In this document: positions 49,791-62,385 of the stretch, piece by piece
Numbering within the stretch: the first letter of the stretch is position 1
Layout: the number at the start of each line of letters is the position of its first letter
Program-made: the position numbers and the translations under genes
DNA from: Camelus ferus
Taxonomy: Eukaryota
Length of the DNA: 64,000 nt
Assembly: GCF_009834535.1 (NCBI RefSeq)
Contig: NC_045697.1
Span: 43,526,001 to 43,590,000, forward strand
Reading direction: 5' to 3'
The notes under the pieces: generated by a model
Databases searched by the model: none
Told to the model about the DNA's origin: nothing
What the model saw: the letters and a program-made list of their open reading frames with translations, nothing else

Positions 49791-50117
49791 CCCTTCATCA
49801 CAGAACAAAGCCTCCTCCTCTTCACTCTGCATTCTCCCAGTTTTTACAATTTTTCAATACTGTGAACAGACCATATTTCAGCTGAAGGGCCTATAGAATA
49901 ACTTTGAGCTAAGATTCAGTTAAGATTCCAAATCAGCATGGTTCCAAATTGAAGAAAAGACTCAAGAGTAGTCATCTGGCTTGTGGTTATGCCCTGGGCT
50001 CTTCACCGTGACCCAAAGAAATTAGTGGGAGGTAGACAAGAGGAGGCATAGTCGCCAAGAAATTTCCACAATTTCTATGAGAAAATAAAGGAGCCCTTTT
50101 TTTTTATTCTCCAAAAG

Positions 50118-50177
50118 TAATCAGTTACCACCATCAAAAACTGAAGATAATCAGTTGCCACCATCAGAAACTAAGAT
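50118..50177. repeat. 30-bp tandem duplication (2 copies)
   Basis: taatcagttaccaccatcaaaaactgaaga / taatcagttgccaccatcagaaactaagat. Confidence 0.9.
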
Positions 50178-52058
50178 TTTTGTCTGCCAAGTGATGCAGA
50201 GCTGTACAACAAATAAACAAGTTTTGGGGAAAGAAGCAAAGGGAACGCAGCCCAGCTGACACGGTGTGACTGAAGCATCATCCTCACCATCTGCAATTAT
50301 TCTGTTTATAATTTTTATCCTCATGAAAAATGCGCACACAATCTTCCCATGCTACCTAACAAGTAGGAAACATGCGCAGGCTCACCCCAGCCTGAATCCT
50401 AATCAGCATCATCTCAGGGCCAACTAGACACTGCTGTGGCAAGAGGAAGGAGACAGGATGGGGAAATCTGGACCCCAAGACTTCTCCCGCCTACTTCTGT
50501 CTAGCACTGGAGTCACAGGCTGCATGTCCAGTCCCTGTCCCTTTCCCATACCACTCCCCCGAGTCACAGTCTTATCCTGCTTGGAGGGACAGAGTGCTTA
50601 GGAGACTTGCTGAGCTTGGATTTTCCTCTGAGGTATAAATAAATCTTCCATTTTTTTCATATGTCTGAAAACTCATTGTCAGCTCCTAAATTTGCTGCCT
50701 TTTCTTACTGGAAATAAGCAGCATACGAGCTGTTGAGGGTCATGGTCATAGACAAGAGGTTTTGTACCCTTTGTCTATTTATTCTTCTCGTTATTAGGAT
50801 TAAAAATCCTTAGAAAATAGAAACAGCTCTGTCATAGGATAGGCACTCAACATTCTTTTCCACCATTCTCCTAGCGGGTCTTCCTTCACTGCAAGGCTTG
50901 AAAAGCTGAGAAGCACAGTTGACAAACAACTGGAGTTCTACATGTGATTTTGGTTTGATCCATCCAATGAACTTGTCCAATCTCTGGGTGGTGGAAGTAG
51001 GTGGAGACCATGCTTTCTTCTGCAGATAACGTACCATGAAGGTTCAGCAAAACTCCTCACAATGTGAAAAGTGGGTCCAAATTTCTCAATTGAGAAAATG
51101 CAGGCTGTTGTTATGAGATTAATGCAGTGACTAGAGCAACCCCACACAGCTACTCAGCTGGGACGTTCTCAAGTTCCCGCTACACAATCAAAATTTGTTC
51201 TGTCCCACCTCAGGCTTAATGTCAATAGTGATCATTGTTTCTCCAGCTGTAGTATCAGTGATAATTCCAAGACACTGGCAGCAGTTCTTGGAATTTCCTG
51301 ATTAGTTAGTGCCCGTCTTTGTCAGCTCCATCCAGAGAGATTAGGTTAGGAAGAATACTGAAGATCCTGCGGCTGGGACCATCCCTGTACTTCCCACTTG
51401 CTCAATATAGGCTTGCCTGGATTCCCCTGCCTGGCCTTACCCACCCCGCACCCCACCTCCCCCAGGGGGGAATGAGGACTTTAGCCCACTCCTGTTCTCA
51501 AACAGGGCTCGCTGACAGCCAATCCCACTATACCCTTATTTGCGTTAATGTGACCTGCATCATCACTGGTGGTGTTGGATTTGGGTTTTTCCACCACTGC
51601 ATTAGCAGAAGCCATCACTAGCTTTGTGGGACTTAAGAGGCAGGGCATGGGCATCACTTTGCTGGTGTGAATCATAGCAGGCACAGCATAGTCCTGGAAC
51701 AAGAGACAGTGGCAGTGACAGACCAGCCATGGGGCTTCGTCCCAGTTACACCTGCAGGAGACCCCAGCCTCCCTCACTGAGCCACTTCCCTCCCCTCTTC
51801 CCTGTTCCCTTTCTTATTGCCACCATTTCTCCAGCTTTGTTAGGATTCTTGCCCTTGGGAAGTAGGAAGGCAAGCCCCTATTTCAGTTATCCCCCCAAAT
51901 GGAAACATCCATTGAGGGGTCCTTGGTTTCATTTCTGGGCCCTCAGTAGGAGGAGATAGATTGCTGGACACATTTTCCCTGCATAGTCATTACACTTCAT
52001 GGTCATTAATTACTCTCGGTTTCACACTTCAGTCAGGTACATTGCTTTACATGTATGC

Positions 52059-52132
52059 TAGGTTGAACTGCATGAAGTGGCCTTTTTTGTAGGGCAAAAA
52101 TGATGAAACAGTGGCAATTTCATGACAGCCTA
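52059..52132. mobile_element. MADE2-like mariner MITE
   Basis: 'taggttgaactgcatgaagtggcc...gtagggcaaaaatgatgaaacagtggcaatttcatgacagccta'; ~75 bp with imperfect terminal inverted repeats. Confidence 0.7.
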
Positions 52133-53379
52133 ATACTTTAATAGATTTTGTGATCTAGGCTATGAAACATATATAATATTGTCTATATAGTTCCAAATAA
52201 TGGATGTAAAAAAGAATTTCTGACCAATATTTCTATACTAACTGGGAAGACGTGTCAGAACAGCTAGTGTTTTATGCATCTTTGTCCCCTTACAAAACTT
52301 ACCGTAATACCCTGCTCATTGAGCTTCGCAATAGATGTTGAATGAAAGGAGGATGTGGCAGCTTATAGCTATACCTTGTGCCTCAGAGGATATAAGGCCT
52401 CAATTTAGAGGCTAGAACTCATTCTAATAATTGTATATCGTAAAATTCCAAAAATTGTATATAATGATTTCAAAAGAAAATTTTAAAAGGAGAAATTGAC
52501 ATGGAACTAAACATTTAGAAAGATTTTAGTCATAATCAGTCCAAAAGTCCAAGCTACTCTAGCTACACAGAATAGCCTGTCAAAACCTCTATGCACTTTA
52601 GTGTCCCAAGCTCCAGAGTAACCAACTCAGGCTGAAATGCCCTTGTCTCTAGGGTTGTGGCCAAACCGTAACAACTGCCAGGTCTCAGAAATGAAAGACA
52701 AAATTGGAAGACATCATTCACCCAGACTGGGTTAACTCCCAAAGAACTTGCAAAACATTGAAAAATGGGTGGTGAATTCAGGGATTTGGGGATAGGTAGA
52801 AGTATGGGTGAGTGATGGAGACAGAGGCAAAGAGATGTGTCATGTGCTCCTGCGAGGAGTAGGATGAAGAACAGGAAAATACGATGCATGTCTCTTGTTC
52901 TCTCATATATCTGTACACACTGTTGTCTCCAGTCTGCACAGAGTTCTTGAAAAATAAGAAGTATTATGTGCAGTATCCATTTGCCTAGCTGAAGTACCCA
53001 TATTAAAGTATTCCTGCTTTGGCAAAGTCCAGTTCTGCTGAGCACATTCTCCTGCTAAGACACAGGCTGAGCCCTGATGATTACTAAATAAGAACATAAT
53101 TAATTATTTCTTCAACTGAATAGTCCTGAATTCTACCACAAATCAATCAGTTCTTCTAGCCTAAGAAGCTCTGACTCTATTTTAGCTCAATGAAAACAAA
53201 ATCAATGAAGGCCAATTATAGCCCATCTCGTTAGAGTATGCAAATGGTGTGCCATACAAATTCACAGCCATTGCCTCCAGAGCCTCAGAGGAGGCTGAGG
53301 GAGCCAACTGTGAGCTGCTGCTGGCCCCTAGCTGCTCAGGCTACATCTAGAGTCTGTAAGTGGGACACAAAGGTAAGCT

Positions 53380-53510
53380 TCCTTCATTTGTTCCCTTAAC
53401 AAATATGTATTTGGAGGCTCCTATGCAGCAGGCATCGTGGTGAGTCATCAGGATATGGGGAGCAAGTCTAAGCAGATACCCCACTGTTCAGGGGTACTGA
53501 TCTATATTAT
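53380..53510 (-). mobile_element. L2 3' end
   Basis: 'ttcatttgttcccttaacaaatatgtatttggaggctcctatgcagcaggcatcgtg'. Confidence 0.7.
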
Positions 53511-54029
53511 GGTGTAAAAACGTTCTGCATATGAAAGCTGGTTTTCTTACTATAAGTCATAAGCCTTCAGCCTGATTATGCAGTGCCCCAAAATTTCTAA
53601 GCAAGGATAACATATATGTCACAAAGGGCCAGGCAAGCCTTGGAGACAGACACAGGGTTGACAAGCACAGAACACTGAAGGGATGTGAAAGAAAGCTAGC
53701 CTGCTCCCCAGGACTTCCCTGACACCCACCACAACTCAGCCACAGTGTTGTCATTTCTACCACTGCTATCACTCTTGGGGCTAAGGTTTTGCATCTCCAG
53801 AGAGCACCCATTAAAGTACAAAGGCATGAGATGGAAAGAATAGGTCACTAAGCTACTACTTCCTAAACTTCAGGTGCTCCCCAAATCTCCATTCTTTCTA
53901 AATCATATTTATTTACCATATTTCAATGAATCTAAAATGCTCTGATGTTGATCTTTCTTGATTCGACCACAGGTGTCACCTAAAGGTTTACAGTACTCTG
54001 AGTGAGCTACGTGACCTTGTCCGTGGGCA

Positions 54030-54125
54030 TCATAAGACGACACCAATTGTGTGATGCATTATGATTTCAGAGAGGTTAAAACATCGGGGGGAAGTGTAAA
54101 TCTTTAGACTCTATGAGATAGAGTA
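54030..54125. mobile_element. MER104-like (TcMar) fragment
   Basis: 'gatttcagagaggttaaaacat...gtgtaaatctttagactctatgagatagagta'. Confidence 0.5.
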
Positions 54126-54640
54126 ATATTTTTTATTTAAATCAACTCACCTTTTTACTTAATAGATTTCTTTTTTAAAAAACTTTGTTATTGCCTTGGA
54201 AAACCGGTATCAATGACATAAATGAAAGGGAACTGTGTAGATAGATGCAATGAGAATTTTAAAAATAATTTTAAATTCTACCTAGTATAATTAGTCAAGG
54301 TGTACATTTTTTTACTTATGTTCCTTTCTAGTGTATATATTATATTCATTATCAGAAAAAAAGTCTAAGAAAATTCTGCCTCCCAAGACTTTCAGCCCAA
54401 GACTCTAATTGCTTTGTTAAAAAGGAAGCTTAGCAATTGTTAAAAGATAAACCTTTGTTAAAACCACCAAAATGAAACTTTCTTCTCACCATAATTAGAA
54501 AGATTTGAAAAAAAAATTGAAAAGGGAATAATCTTCACTCCACATGATTCCATGTTATGTAATGCCACGTTCATAGGCCCCCTATAGTGTTCTCCCTCAC
54601 ACCATTAGTCCCACACACGGCTCATTAAGGGACATTGAGG
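54126..54640. mobile_element. hAT-Charlie DNA transposon remnant (subfamily uncertain)
   Basis: 'aaatcaactcacctttttactta...ggaaaaccggtatca...ctttgttaaaaaggaagcttagcaa...aattgaaaagggaataatctt...tgattccatgttatgtaatgcc'. Confidence 0.6.
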
Positions 54641-55099
54641 AACCACCATTAACCCCTTTAGAAAGAGTTATCAGAATTAGTAAATTGTCACATTGGAAAG
54701 CTAAGGAAAAGTTCCTAGATAATGAGGCAGAGGAAAGAGAAGTTTTGACAGGCGTGTGGGGAAGAAAGAGCCCAAGATGCGAAGGGCCATCACAGAGACA
54801 AGTCCAAGGGAAAGAATCATGAGTGAGGAGGAGATAGGTACTCTGCTGGCAGGGAGGGGCAACATAAATGCCCTGGGCACCTGGGGAAAAGATGTTCTGG
54901 GGTGTCAACATGGAAAAAAGGAGACAATTCAAGAGTAATTGGGAGGAATAAGAAGCAAATCTTGCCAGTTCAGCAATTTCAGCATCATATCAGAATTCCC
55001 ATTGAAATAGGCACCTGTTTATCAATGATTCTTGTCAGATCATTGTTCTTCCACTGAATCAAAGAACAGAGGGTTCGATGACAACACAAGAAATCAACA

Positions 55100-55418
55100 C
55101 AGTCAGCACTTCATATCCCGTAGGTCCCACATTCACAGATTCAGCCAACCTCGGATGGAAAAATAGTCTGAAAAAAAAATTTCAGAAAGTTCCAAAAAGG
55201 GAAACTTGAATTTGCCTCAACTGGCAACTATTTACAAAGCATTTACATTGTACTAGGTATTACAAGTAATTGAGAGATGAGTTAAAGTATACAGAAGGAT
55301 GTGCCCAGGTCATGTGCAAATAGCACACCATTTTACAGAAGGGACTTGAGCATCCACAGATTTTGGCATCCAAGGAGGGTCTTGGAACCAATCCTCCCCA
55401 GGTACCAAGGGAAGACTG
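55100..55418 (-). mobile_element. MER2/MER2B (opposite orientation to the 33591 copy)
   Basis: 'cagaaagttccaaaaagggaaacttgaatttgcc...gcatttacattgtactaggtatt...gggacttgagcatccacagattttggcatcc...ggaaccaatcc'. Confidence 0.9.
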
Positions 55419-55779
55419 CATGTACTTAAGGACCATGGATTATTATGCTAAGGAGTTGTGGGGAAAAGAGCCCTCCAATCTGGTAGTCATTGCAAATTTA
55501 GTTCTTCTTTTGGTCTGACTCTTGTAATATCAATATATACCAACCCTTTCATGCTCTCCTCTGGAAAATAAGAACAATTAGCTAGAACGGTCTTCACAAT
55601 AATCCTTCTTACACGTTAGCTGTCTATTTTCTAAACAAAACAACCCACTTCCTTTCACCTGAGATACGGCTACTGAGATACCAATCACTTAAGATGCAAA
55701 GGCCGGGTGTTCCAAGTCAGTGTGACGATGAAGCTGGTATTCTTAACCAATAGGACATCAGAGTGGAGAATTTAACCTT

Positions 55780-56060
55780 TTACCCTCACCATTGGTTTTT
55801 CTTACTTGCTTTTTATTCCATTCATCATTTTGTGCTTCTTTCCCTAAACTTATTCATCTTTTTTAATACACAGTGACCAAAACTGGTAATTATATTCCAA
55901 AAATAATGGTTGAGCCATGCCAAGCAGATCCTTGCCCTTTCCGTGTCATACTCTTGCTAATACATCTCTCAATCATGTTCCCTTTTTTAAATAATAGCAT
56001 TACAAATTGCTGACTCATATTCAGTTTATGGTGCACAATACATCAGCCAATTCTTTTAGT
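55780..56060 (-). mobile_element. L3/CR1 fragment
   Basis: 'gtgaccaaaactggtaattatattcca...ttgctgactcatattcagtttatggt'. Confidence 0.6.
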
Positions 56061-56935
56061 ATCCTTGAATGCAAATCACCAGGGTCTGCACATTTAGATA
56101 CAAAGCTCACTTATTTAAATTACCTTCCTTCAAGTCTTCTTTTTCACTTTTCATTCTCCTAAAGTATGCATTTCCTATTTCCAGAGCCCCACTCACTTGA
56201 TCATGCAGAAAGGTTTTTTAAAAAGACATTGAATGCTCTGTGGCCTTTTGGTGTCATCATTGAGTCTCTTGCTTTCCTATCTAATTAAAGGACAACACTC
56301 TGCTTTAGTCTTTCTTGTTCCTGATAGAGTAAAAAAAAGAATATTCTACTTCAACTTTGGAAATTGCATCTCATTACCCGCTTTAGTAATTCTGACCTTA
56401 CTTCTGTGAAACTTTCTATAGGTATTTGTCCTTGAAGATTCAGCTTTTTCTAAATGTTTTTTTTCTATTTCAGAAGTTTATGTAATTCTTTGATAAATAA
56501 ATTAGACTTTTTTAATTTTCTCAACTTTTTTAGACATGTGTGTAAACCTGTCCTCCTTGCCCTTGACAAAGTTCTGATAATATGCTTCGCAAAATCTAAT
56601 CTCACACTTAAGTAATTAGTTGAAAAAGAGATGAAAGGAAGGAACCCGGGTGAACAGAAAGTTTCTTAAGAAAACATATGTTGTTCCTGGGATTTTTTTT
56701 TAACACCCACATGGTCACTCTTATTTGAAATGTTTTCTGCCTTTAAATCCTCAGTACTTCCCTTTTCTAAAATATGGCTGAGAAAAATATTCCGTCTCCA
56801 TCTACTCAATCCAAAGCTCATCCCTGACACTCTTTTTCTGCTCCTAAACTAAATTTAACTTGCTGCCTAAGCACGTTTCCTCCTATGTTCACAGCACAGT
56901 AGGAATGAAAACTACATTGTTACTATTCTTAATAT

Positions 56936-57565
56936 TGTAACCATATACCATATCCAGCTCATTAGAAGGGTTACCTCCTTCTTCCTTGAGGGAACATAAG
57001 CTGTGGAGAAGTATTATCGTTGCCTTATAGGAAACCACCAGAAGAGAAAAACAAGAACCCACCAGAACTGGTTAGAACTGGCCAAATCCAAGATAGCAGA
57101 AGACCTGAGCTTCAATAGACCCTGAGCCTCATTATCTGCTCATTATAATACATTAGCATGCTAGATGACACAGCTACCAGCACCATGACAGTTGGCATGA
57201 CAACAACCAGCTAAGCCCAGACAAGGGCCTAAAAAGAGTGTTGCCTCAGTTCCCAGAAACCACACCCCTGTTCTCTGGATAAGTCATGAATAGTCCTCCT
57301 TCTCTTTACTGACTTCCCTCCCTTTTACCTCAATCCTCCTAGGTATATGGTATCTCAGTCCAAGCTGGGTTAAGAAGTTGATTTACGAGCTAAGTTCCCA
57401 CTTCTTCATTCTCTGGCCATTGAATAAAACTTGTGCTGTTTCAGTCTCAGCATTGGTTTCATTATTGGCTGCATGCATCCTAATGAAAAAGAACCTTCCC
57501 CGCCATGGCAGGAGGCAATGAGATGCAATTTCCAAATGGCAGCCCATTCGATCAATTCAGTAACA
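56936..57565 (+). mobile_element. MER41-like ERV1 solo LTR inserted in an L2 (5' boundary 56918 or 56936)
   Basis: 'ccaagatagc...gctcattataatacattagcatgctagatgacacagctaccagcaccatgacagtt' is the MER41-like core; AATAAA at 57423-57428; TG...gtaaCA termini. Confidence 0.75.
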
Positions 57566-57569
57566 GTAT

Positions 57570-58195
57570 AATCCCAACTTCTATTTAATAATGTTCTATG
57601 ACCACTTCTCAACACTCACACTGCCAATACATTAGTCCAGGCCATCGAGACAACTGCAGCAGCACCCAGGTGTTGGCCTGCCGCCATCCTTACCCACCTA
57701 CAGTCTATTCTCCATACAGTAGCAGATACATCTTTTAAAATATAAATTTTGATCCTTTGCTCTTAGTTTTTATATTGGCTTTCCTTCACACCAAAATAAA
57801 ATCCACACTCCTCATTGTGGCCTGGAAGGCGTTCCATCATCTGGTCCCTGACCACCCTTCTTCCTGCTCATTTTGGTACCAAGGCCATTGCACTTGTGAT
57901 CCCCTGCCTGGAACACTGTCTGCTTTTACATCATTGTCTGCTTAAACAACAGCCCTCATTACATTCATCTTGACCTGCCTTACTTTTCTTCATTTCAATG
58001 ACCACAACCTGGCATCATATTATCATACGTGTGTACATCTGTTGGAACTTCAGTGCATCTCCTTGCTAGAATGTAAGTTCTGTGAAGACAGGGATTTGGT
58101 TCACTTGGTTTTTGCTGTAATTCTAGCAACTGAAACAGTACCTGGCATCCATAGAGCAAGTACTCAAAAATAATTTTAGAATGGTTAATGGAGAG
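57570..58195 (+). mobile_element. L2 3' region to terminus
   Basis: 'tagtccaggccatc...tacagtctattctccatacagtagcaga...ccctgcctggaacact...gctagaatgtaagttctgtgaagacaggga...aacagtacctggcatccatagagcaagtactcaaaa'. Confidence 0.9.
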
Positions 58196-58914
58196 AATAA
58201 TTTCTAATCTTTTTACTTAGTAATTGATCACATTCCTTCAAGTACACAAATTAAACACCATGTTGAGCGCAGACTGCTTGTAACTCACGTCTTTGCTCCT
58301 ATCAGAAGTCTCATACCAAAGAAAAGTATTTGACTTTGTCATGATAATGCAGCTTGAAAATGTCTGTTGTGAAACACTATTCTGAGTCATTCATTGCAAG
58401 CTCACTGGGGAAAATAATTTGCAGTTTATCTACAGAGGAAAATTTTGCTTTGCCCACTGCTCTTCTGCAAAGGTCAAAAAGGACAGCATTGATCAGGATA
58501 GAGGAAGGGTAAAAACACTGAGGATGTAGTCATTCTGGGTTGAATTATGAAATCTAGGAAAGCATGAGAAGCATGAAAAATACTGAAAAGAAGGCTAGAG
58601 TTAGGATGCTACTGGGAGAACGTGTTCCTTCTCATGTCCACAGCTACATCTTCTGGGGAATGAAAAGCCCAACGTATAATCACAATATGACTTTCATTTA
58701 TCTTTGTGTCTATTCCAGAATAAAAACCGGGGGGGGGGGGGGGATTGTGATGTATATGGACTGTTTTCATAAGCACTCTTGTTTAAAAAAAAAAGTTAAA
58801 ATATTGAACTGTAAACTTAAAAATACTTTACAAAAGCAGAAAATCTCTACTATGTTTCCCAATATTTCACCATGATTTGAAACCAAGAGGTGATCTCTTT
58901 AGCAATTATTTGTT

Positions 58915-59065
58915 CCTTCATTCCATCATTTAGTTAAGAAATGGTCGACAAACGCTTGTTGCACACTTGCTATGTCCATGGTCCTGGGGAAGTAGCATCA
59001 ATGGTAGTGGGAGGGGTATGGTGAGGGGGTTGAAAGATGTGTTCCCTGACCTCACGGAGATTACA
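58915..59065 (-). mobile_element. L2 3' end fragment
   Basis: 'ttcattccatcatttagttaagaaat...gttccctgacctcacggagattacagg'. Confidence 0.6.
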
Positions 59066-59829
59066 GGCCATTGTGTTTGTCAATTAGGTCCCAAGCACTA
59101 CTGCTCCGTGGTGCTATTTAAGAAAAAAAAAGAGAAAAAAAAAAGTGTTGATTATGATCCAAGAATCCAGGAGTGGCCAAAGGGTCTGGAGAGAAACACT
59201 TTGGGCACTTATTTGGCCACAGTCACTGGAGAAGTGATGGTTTTCCAAGTGTATTACAAAATAAACCGCTCCATTAAATTCATCACTATTAAATATGCTT
59301 GCCTGTGTGTGAGAATTGGAGTTGTTATTTATTTCTTAATGAGATTTTAATGGGTATAGGTTTTTTAAATAGTTTCAAAGAGTAGGTACTGCTTTTTCCA
59401 ATGATATTTAAGTTGCCTTCTTTCTCTAAATGTATCTGACATTAGCAAAGTGCCAGACTCCAAATAATTCAGGTTTGGTGTTAGAGTTCACTGAAATCAG
59501 TCCTGGGATCAAGATAAAGCGACGGTGTGGTTTACGCTTCCAAACACTCAATTGTCATTCTCTCCATACTACGCAAAAACAAGCTTAACCGAGAAGAGAA
59601 CACTGAAGCCTCCTGACTTTCCACTGTGTACACCACTGTGGAGGAGACAGGGGATGGATTTGCACAACATTCACTCCAGCCTCCATCTACCAGGCCTTCC
59701 TGCACTGCAGAAGCTGGAAAGATAAAAACTCCATCTCCCTGACTCATTTGAAGAAGAATCTGGGCGAGAACTGGATCCAAACCTGAGTTAAGTAGTTGGG
59801 GAAATACTCATTTCCTGGTCCAGACTTAG

Positions 59830-60209
59830 AATATTATGGCTTCAGAGCCAGCAATGGTGAAGCCAGCTTCCTGACACCTAGATTTTGGCCCGGGTGGTGG
59901 GTCTGTGAACCAAAGGTGCAGGTGATGGTGCCCTGACCCCGGATTCACAGGTAAGGTAACGTGACACTGAAACCAACAGTGGACCAAGTGGCCTCCTGAT
60001 TCACCAACTTCCTGATTGTGCTGAAATCATAGTTCCTTTGCCAGGGCGGTTTGAGTTGTTCTGTTGTTCAGCTTCTGGAGGGCCGGCAGGCACTTGCTCC
60101 TCCAATCTTTCCAATGATTTGTAAGCATACTTATTCCCTGTGTTAAACTTCCTTCTGCTTAAGATCACTGAACTGGTTTCTCCTTTACCCAACTAAGCCT
60201 TGACTGACA
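59830..60209 (+). mobile_element. Ancient ERVL/MaLR-class LTR 3' part
   Basis: Terminus 'ttccctgtgttaaacttccttctgcttaagatcactgaactggtttctcctttacccaactaagccttgactgaca'. Confidence 0.6.
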
Positions 60210-60794
60210 GAGACCCCAACCGTAACTCCACCCAGGAATTAACTTGGGCAAAATCACAGAGCCTTGCTTTTCCCATCCATCTGTGCAAAACGTTCTCTGA
60301 GTCTTATCTAAACACTACTTTGTGTGGCATTTTAAGGATTTTTTTTTTCTTTTACACTACTTTAATGACTCCTAAAAAAGAACATAAAATCCCTTTTATG
60401 TCTCCTTGTCCTCTCTCCTCCTCCATTTTTAGTCAGCCTCCATTTCCTGGGTCACAGTAAGCTCCTTCAAGTAGATCTGTTAATGCAAGGGTAATAAAAA
60501 CAAGACGTGCCTTGAAAACATTGGAAGGGGGCTGGGTGGGGCAGGTTGAAATTGAGAAACTCCACTTTCACTTCAGTACAAATTATTTTGTTTAAAAACT
60601 TTGCACCTGAGAAACATAAAAATCTAGGATTCCATACTTCATTTTAAAACAGAATACAAGAGGTAATGTGGTCAAGCCTTCCACAGCTGAAAGAATGAGG
60701 CATTTCCTTCTTTTTCACATTTTTAAATTAAGCACCACCTTTCGGCATGTGGAACAAAATCATTAAGAAGAAGGAGAAGGAGAAGAATTGCTCT

Positions 60795-60935
60795 TGCTTG
60801 TTGAGTGTGCATGCTGTACAAGACTCTATACTAGATCAATGATTATTTCCAAACCTCACATCGCCCCTGAGACATCAATTCCTTTCTATAGATGAAAAAT
60901 TGAGGCCCAGAGAGAGTAAGGAAATTGTCCAGAGT
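60795..60935 (-). mobile_element. MIR fragment
   Basis: 'ttctatagatgaaaaattgaggcccagagagagtaaggaaattgtccagag'. Confidence 0.8.
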
Positions 60936-61249
60936 TTTAACTCTGTTTAATTCTAAACACAATAATCCTTCCAGTATGTTCATTCAATCCATCATTAAAT
61001 AAATCTTTTTTGAGCACCTGGAGGGGCCATGCTCCTAGGGGGCCAGGCCCTTCATGGGCTAACCCAGGAGATGCAGCTGCAGACAGGCTGGACACAGCTC
61101 TACAGCAAACCCACTTCCTGGAGCAAAAAACAACAGTGGTACCACTGCCATTGCTCAAGCAACTTCATGTGACCTGCTTTCAAAGCATCGGAGAGCATCT
61201 CTTTTGAGGACAATTTTGCTTTGGTTTTGACCTTTTCACTTTTGTTTTT

Positions 61250-61490
61250 CATGCCTGAGTTTGCAACCCAGCACTGCTACTTTTTAGCTACCAACCATGG
61301 GAAAGTTATTTAAACTTTCTGAGCCTCGGTTTCCTCATCTTTAAAGTGAGCATAATAAAACTCCCCACCTCACAGCATTACTGTAAGGATTTAATAGAAG
61401 ATTTGTAAACAAAGCACTCAGAAGAGTGCTGGCACATAGTAACACCCAATTTGTGTTAGCTGTGGCTGTTGTTGTCATGATTGCTATTAT
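61250..61490 (+). mobile_element. MIR SINE
   Basis: 'cctgagtttgcaacccagcactgctact...ctgagcctcggtttcctcatctttaaagtgagcataataa...gtgctggcacatagtaacacccaat'. Confidence 0.92.
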
Positions 61491-61760
61491 TTCCATAGCA
61501 CCACACAACATTGGAAGTACACAGGATACTTAATATTTACGGGAGTATGAGGAAATCTTAGAGCGTGCTCTTCTCAGATGACAGAACAGATTTGGCGCTC
61601 ACTCATTTTAATCTGACTTGATGTAAAGCTTAAAGACACAGTTCTTGATTCCCAAATCCGAGGATTACTACAGTTTGCTTTGATAGTCCACACTAACTTC
61701 TATCTCCCCAAACCAGAAGTTCTTCAGTACATTCCATCGGTCTCTAAAAAAGTAAGTCCC

Positions 61761-61970
61761 GGGGGAAGGGTAGAGCTCAGCTGTAGAGTGCAAGAGGTCC
61801 TGGGTTCAGTTCCCAGTGCCTCCATTAAAATAAATAAACAAGTAAATTTTTTTAAAAATCCTAATTACCTTCCTCTCCCCAGAAAACATTTTTTAAGATT
61901 ACGTAAAAATGAATAAATAAATGAACCTAATTACTTCCTCACTTAAAAAAAAACCAGAAAATAATAATTT
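61761..61970 (+). mobile_element. Camelid tRNA-derived SINE (Vic-1 type), with internal deletion and doubled tail
   Basis: 'gggggaagggtagagctcagctgtagagtgcaagaggtcctgggttcagttcccagtgcctcc'; TSD aaaaagtaagtccc (to 61760) / aaaaataagtccc (61971-61983). Confidence 0.88.
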
Positions 61971-61985
61971 AAAAATAAGTCCCTT

Positions 61986-62385
61986 TGTAATAGACTACGT
62001 TATATTCCCTAAATCTCAGCTTTAGGACTGAAGGATTCATGTCCCCAGCTCCTGGGCACGCTGCCCTCCAACAACCTTCAGCTCTCAGCCCTTGGGAATT
62101 GCCCTCAGGCTGGCTGAATGCAGCCACCTCACTATAGTCCTCCCCTCTTCCCAGAGTCAACTTGCATTCAGTGACTAGTTGATGCAGGGACATGATAATT
62201 CAGCCTCCAAGCCCCAACTGGGGTCAACTGCAAAGGGTTATTGCAGATGCAGAGCTCGCTATGCTGTCAGCCACAGGGTCACCCAACCCATGCTTCTGCC
62301 CAGTCCCTCCCCAGCAGGTATTAAACTCCTCAAATGCTAACCTCTGACTTAGAGTCCACTTTCCAGGAGTCCAGCCTGCAACGTC
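61986..62385 (+). mobile_element. LTR16C-like ERVL solo LTR
   Basis: 'ttaggactgaaggattcatgtccccagctcctggg...ctcagcccttgggaattgccctcaggctg...gcattcagtgactagttgatgcaggg...aaatgctaacctctgacttagagtccactttccagg'. Confidence 0.8.

Noticed and set aside
50118..50177. 30-bp direct repeat as a CRISPR-like array
   Set aside because: Two head-to-tail copies with no spacer in mammalian DNA; an ordinary tandem duplication.
52563..53045. 160-aa minus-strand ORF
   Set aside because: Non-ATG start, no recognisable family, no supporting splice structure.
33591..55418. Two oppositely oriented MER2 copies as the ends of a composite transposon
   Set aside because: Each has its own termini and is independently diverged. 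MER2 is abundant, so two copies 21 kb apart are unremarkable.
58729..58743. G15 homopolymer (and G11 at 37096-37106)
   Set aside because: Simple homopolymers whose length is unreliable in assemblies; no evidence of function.
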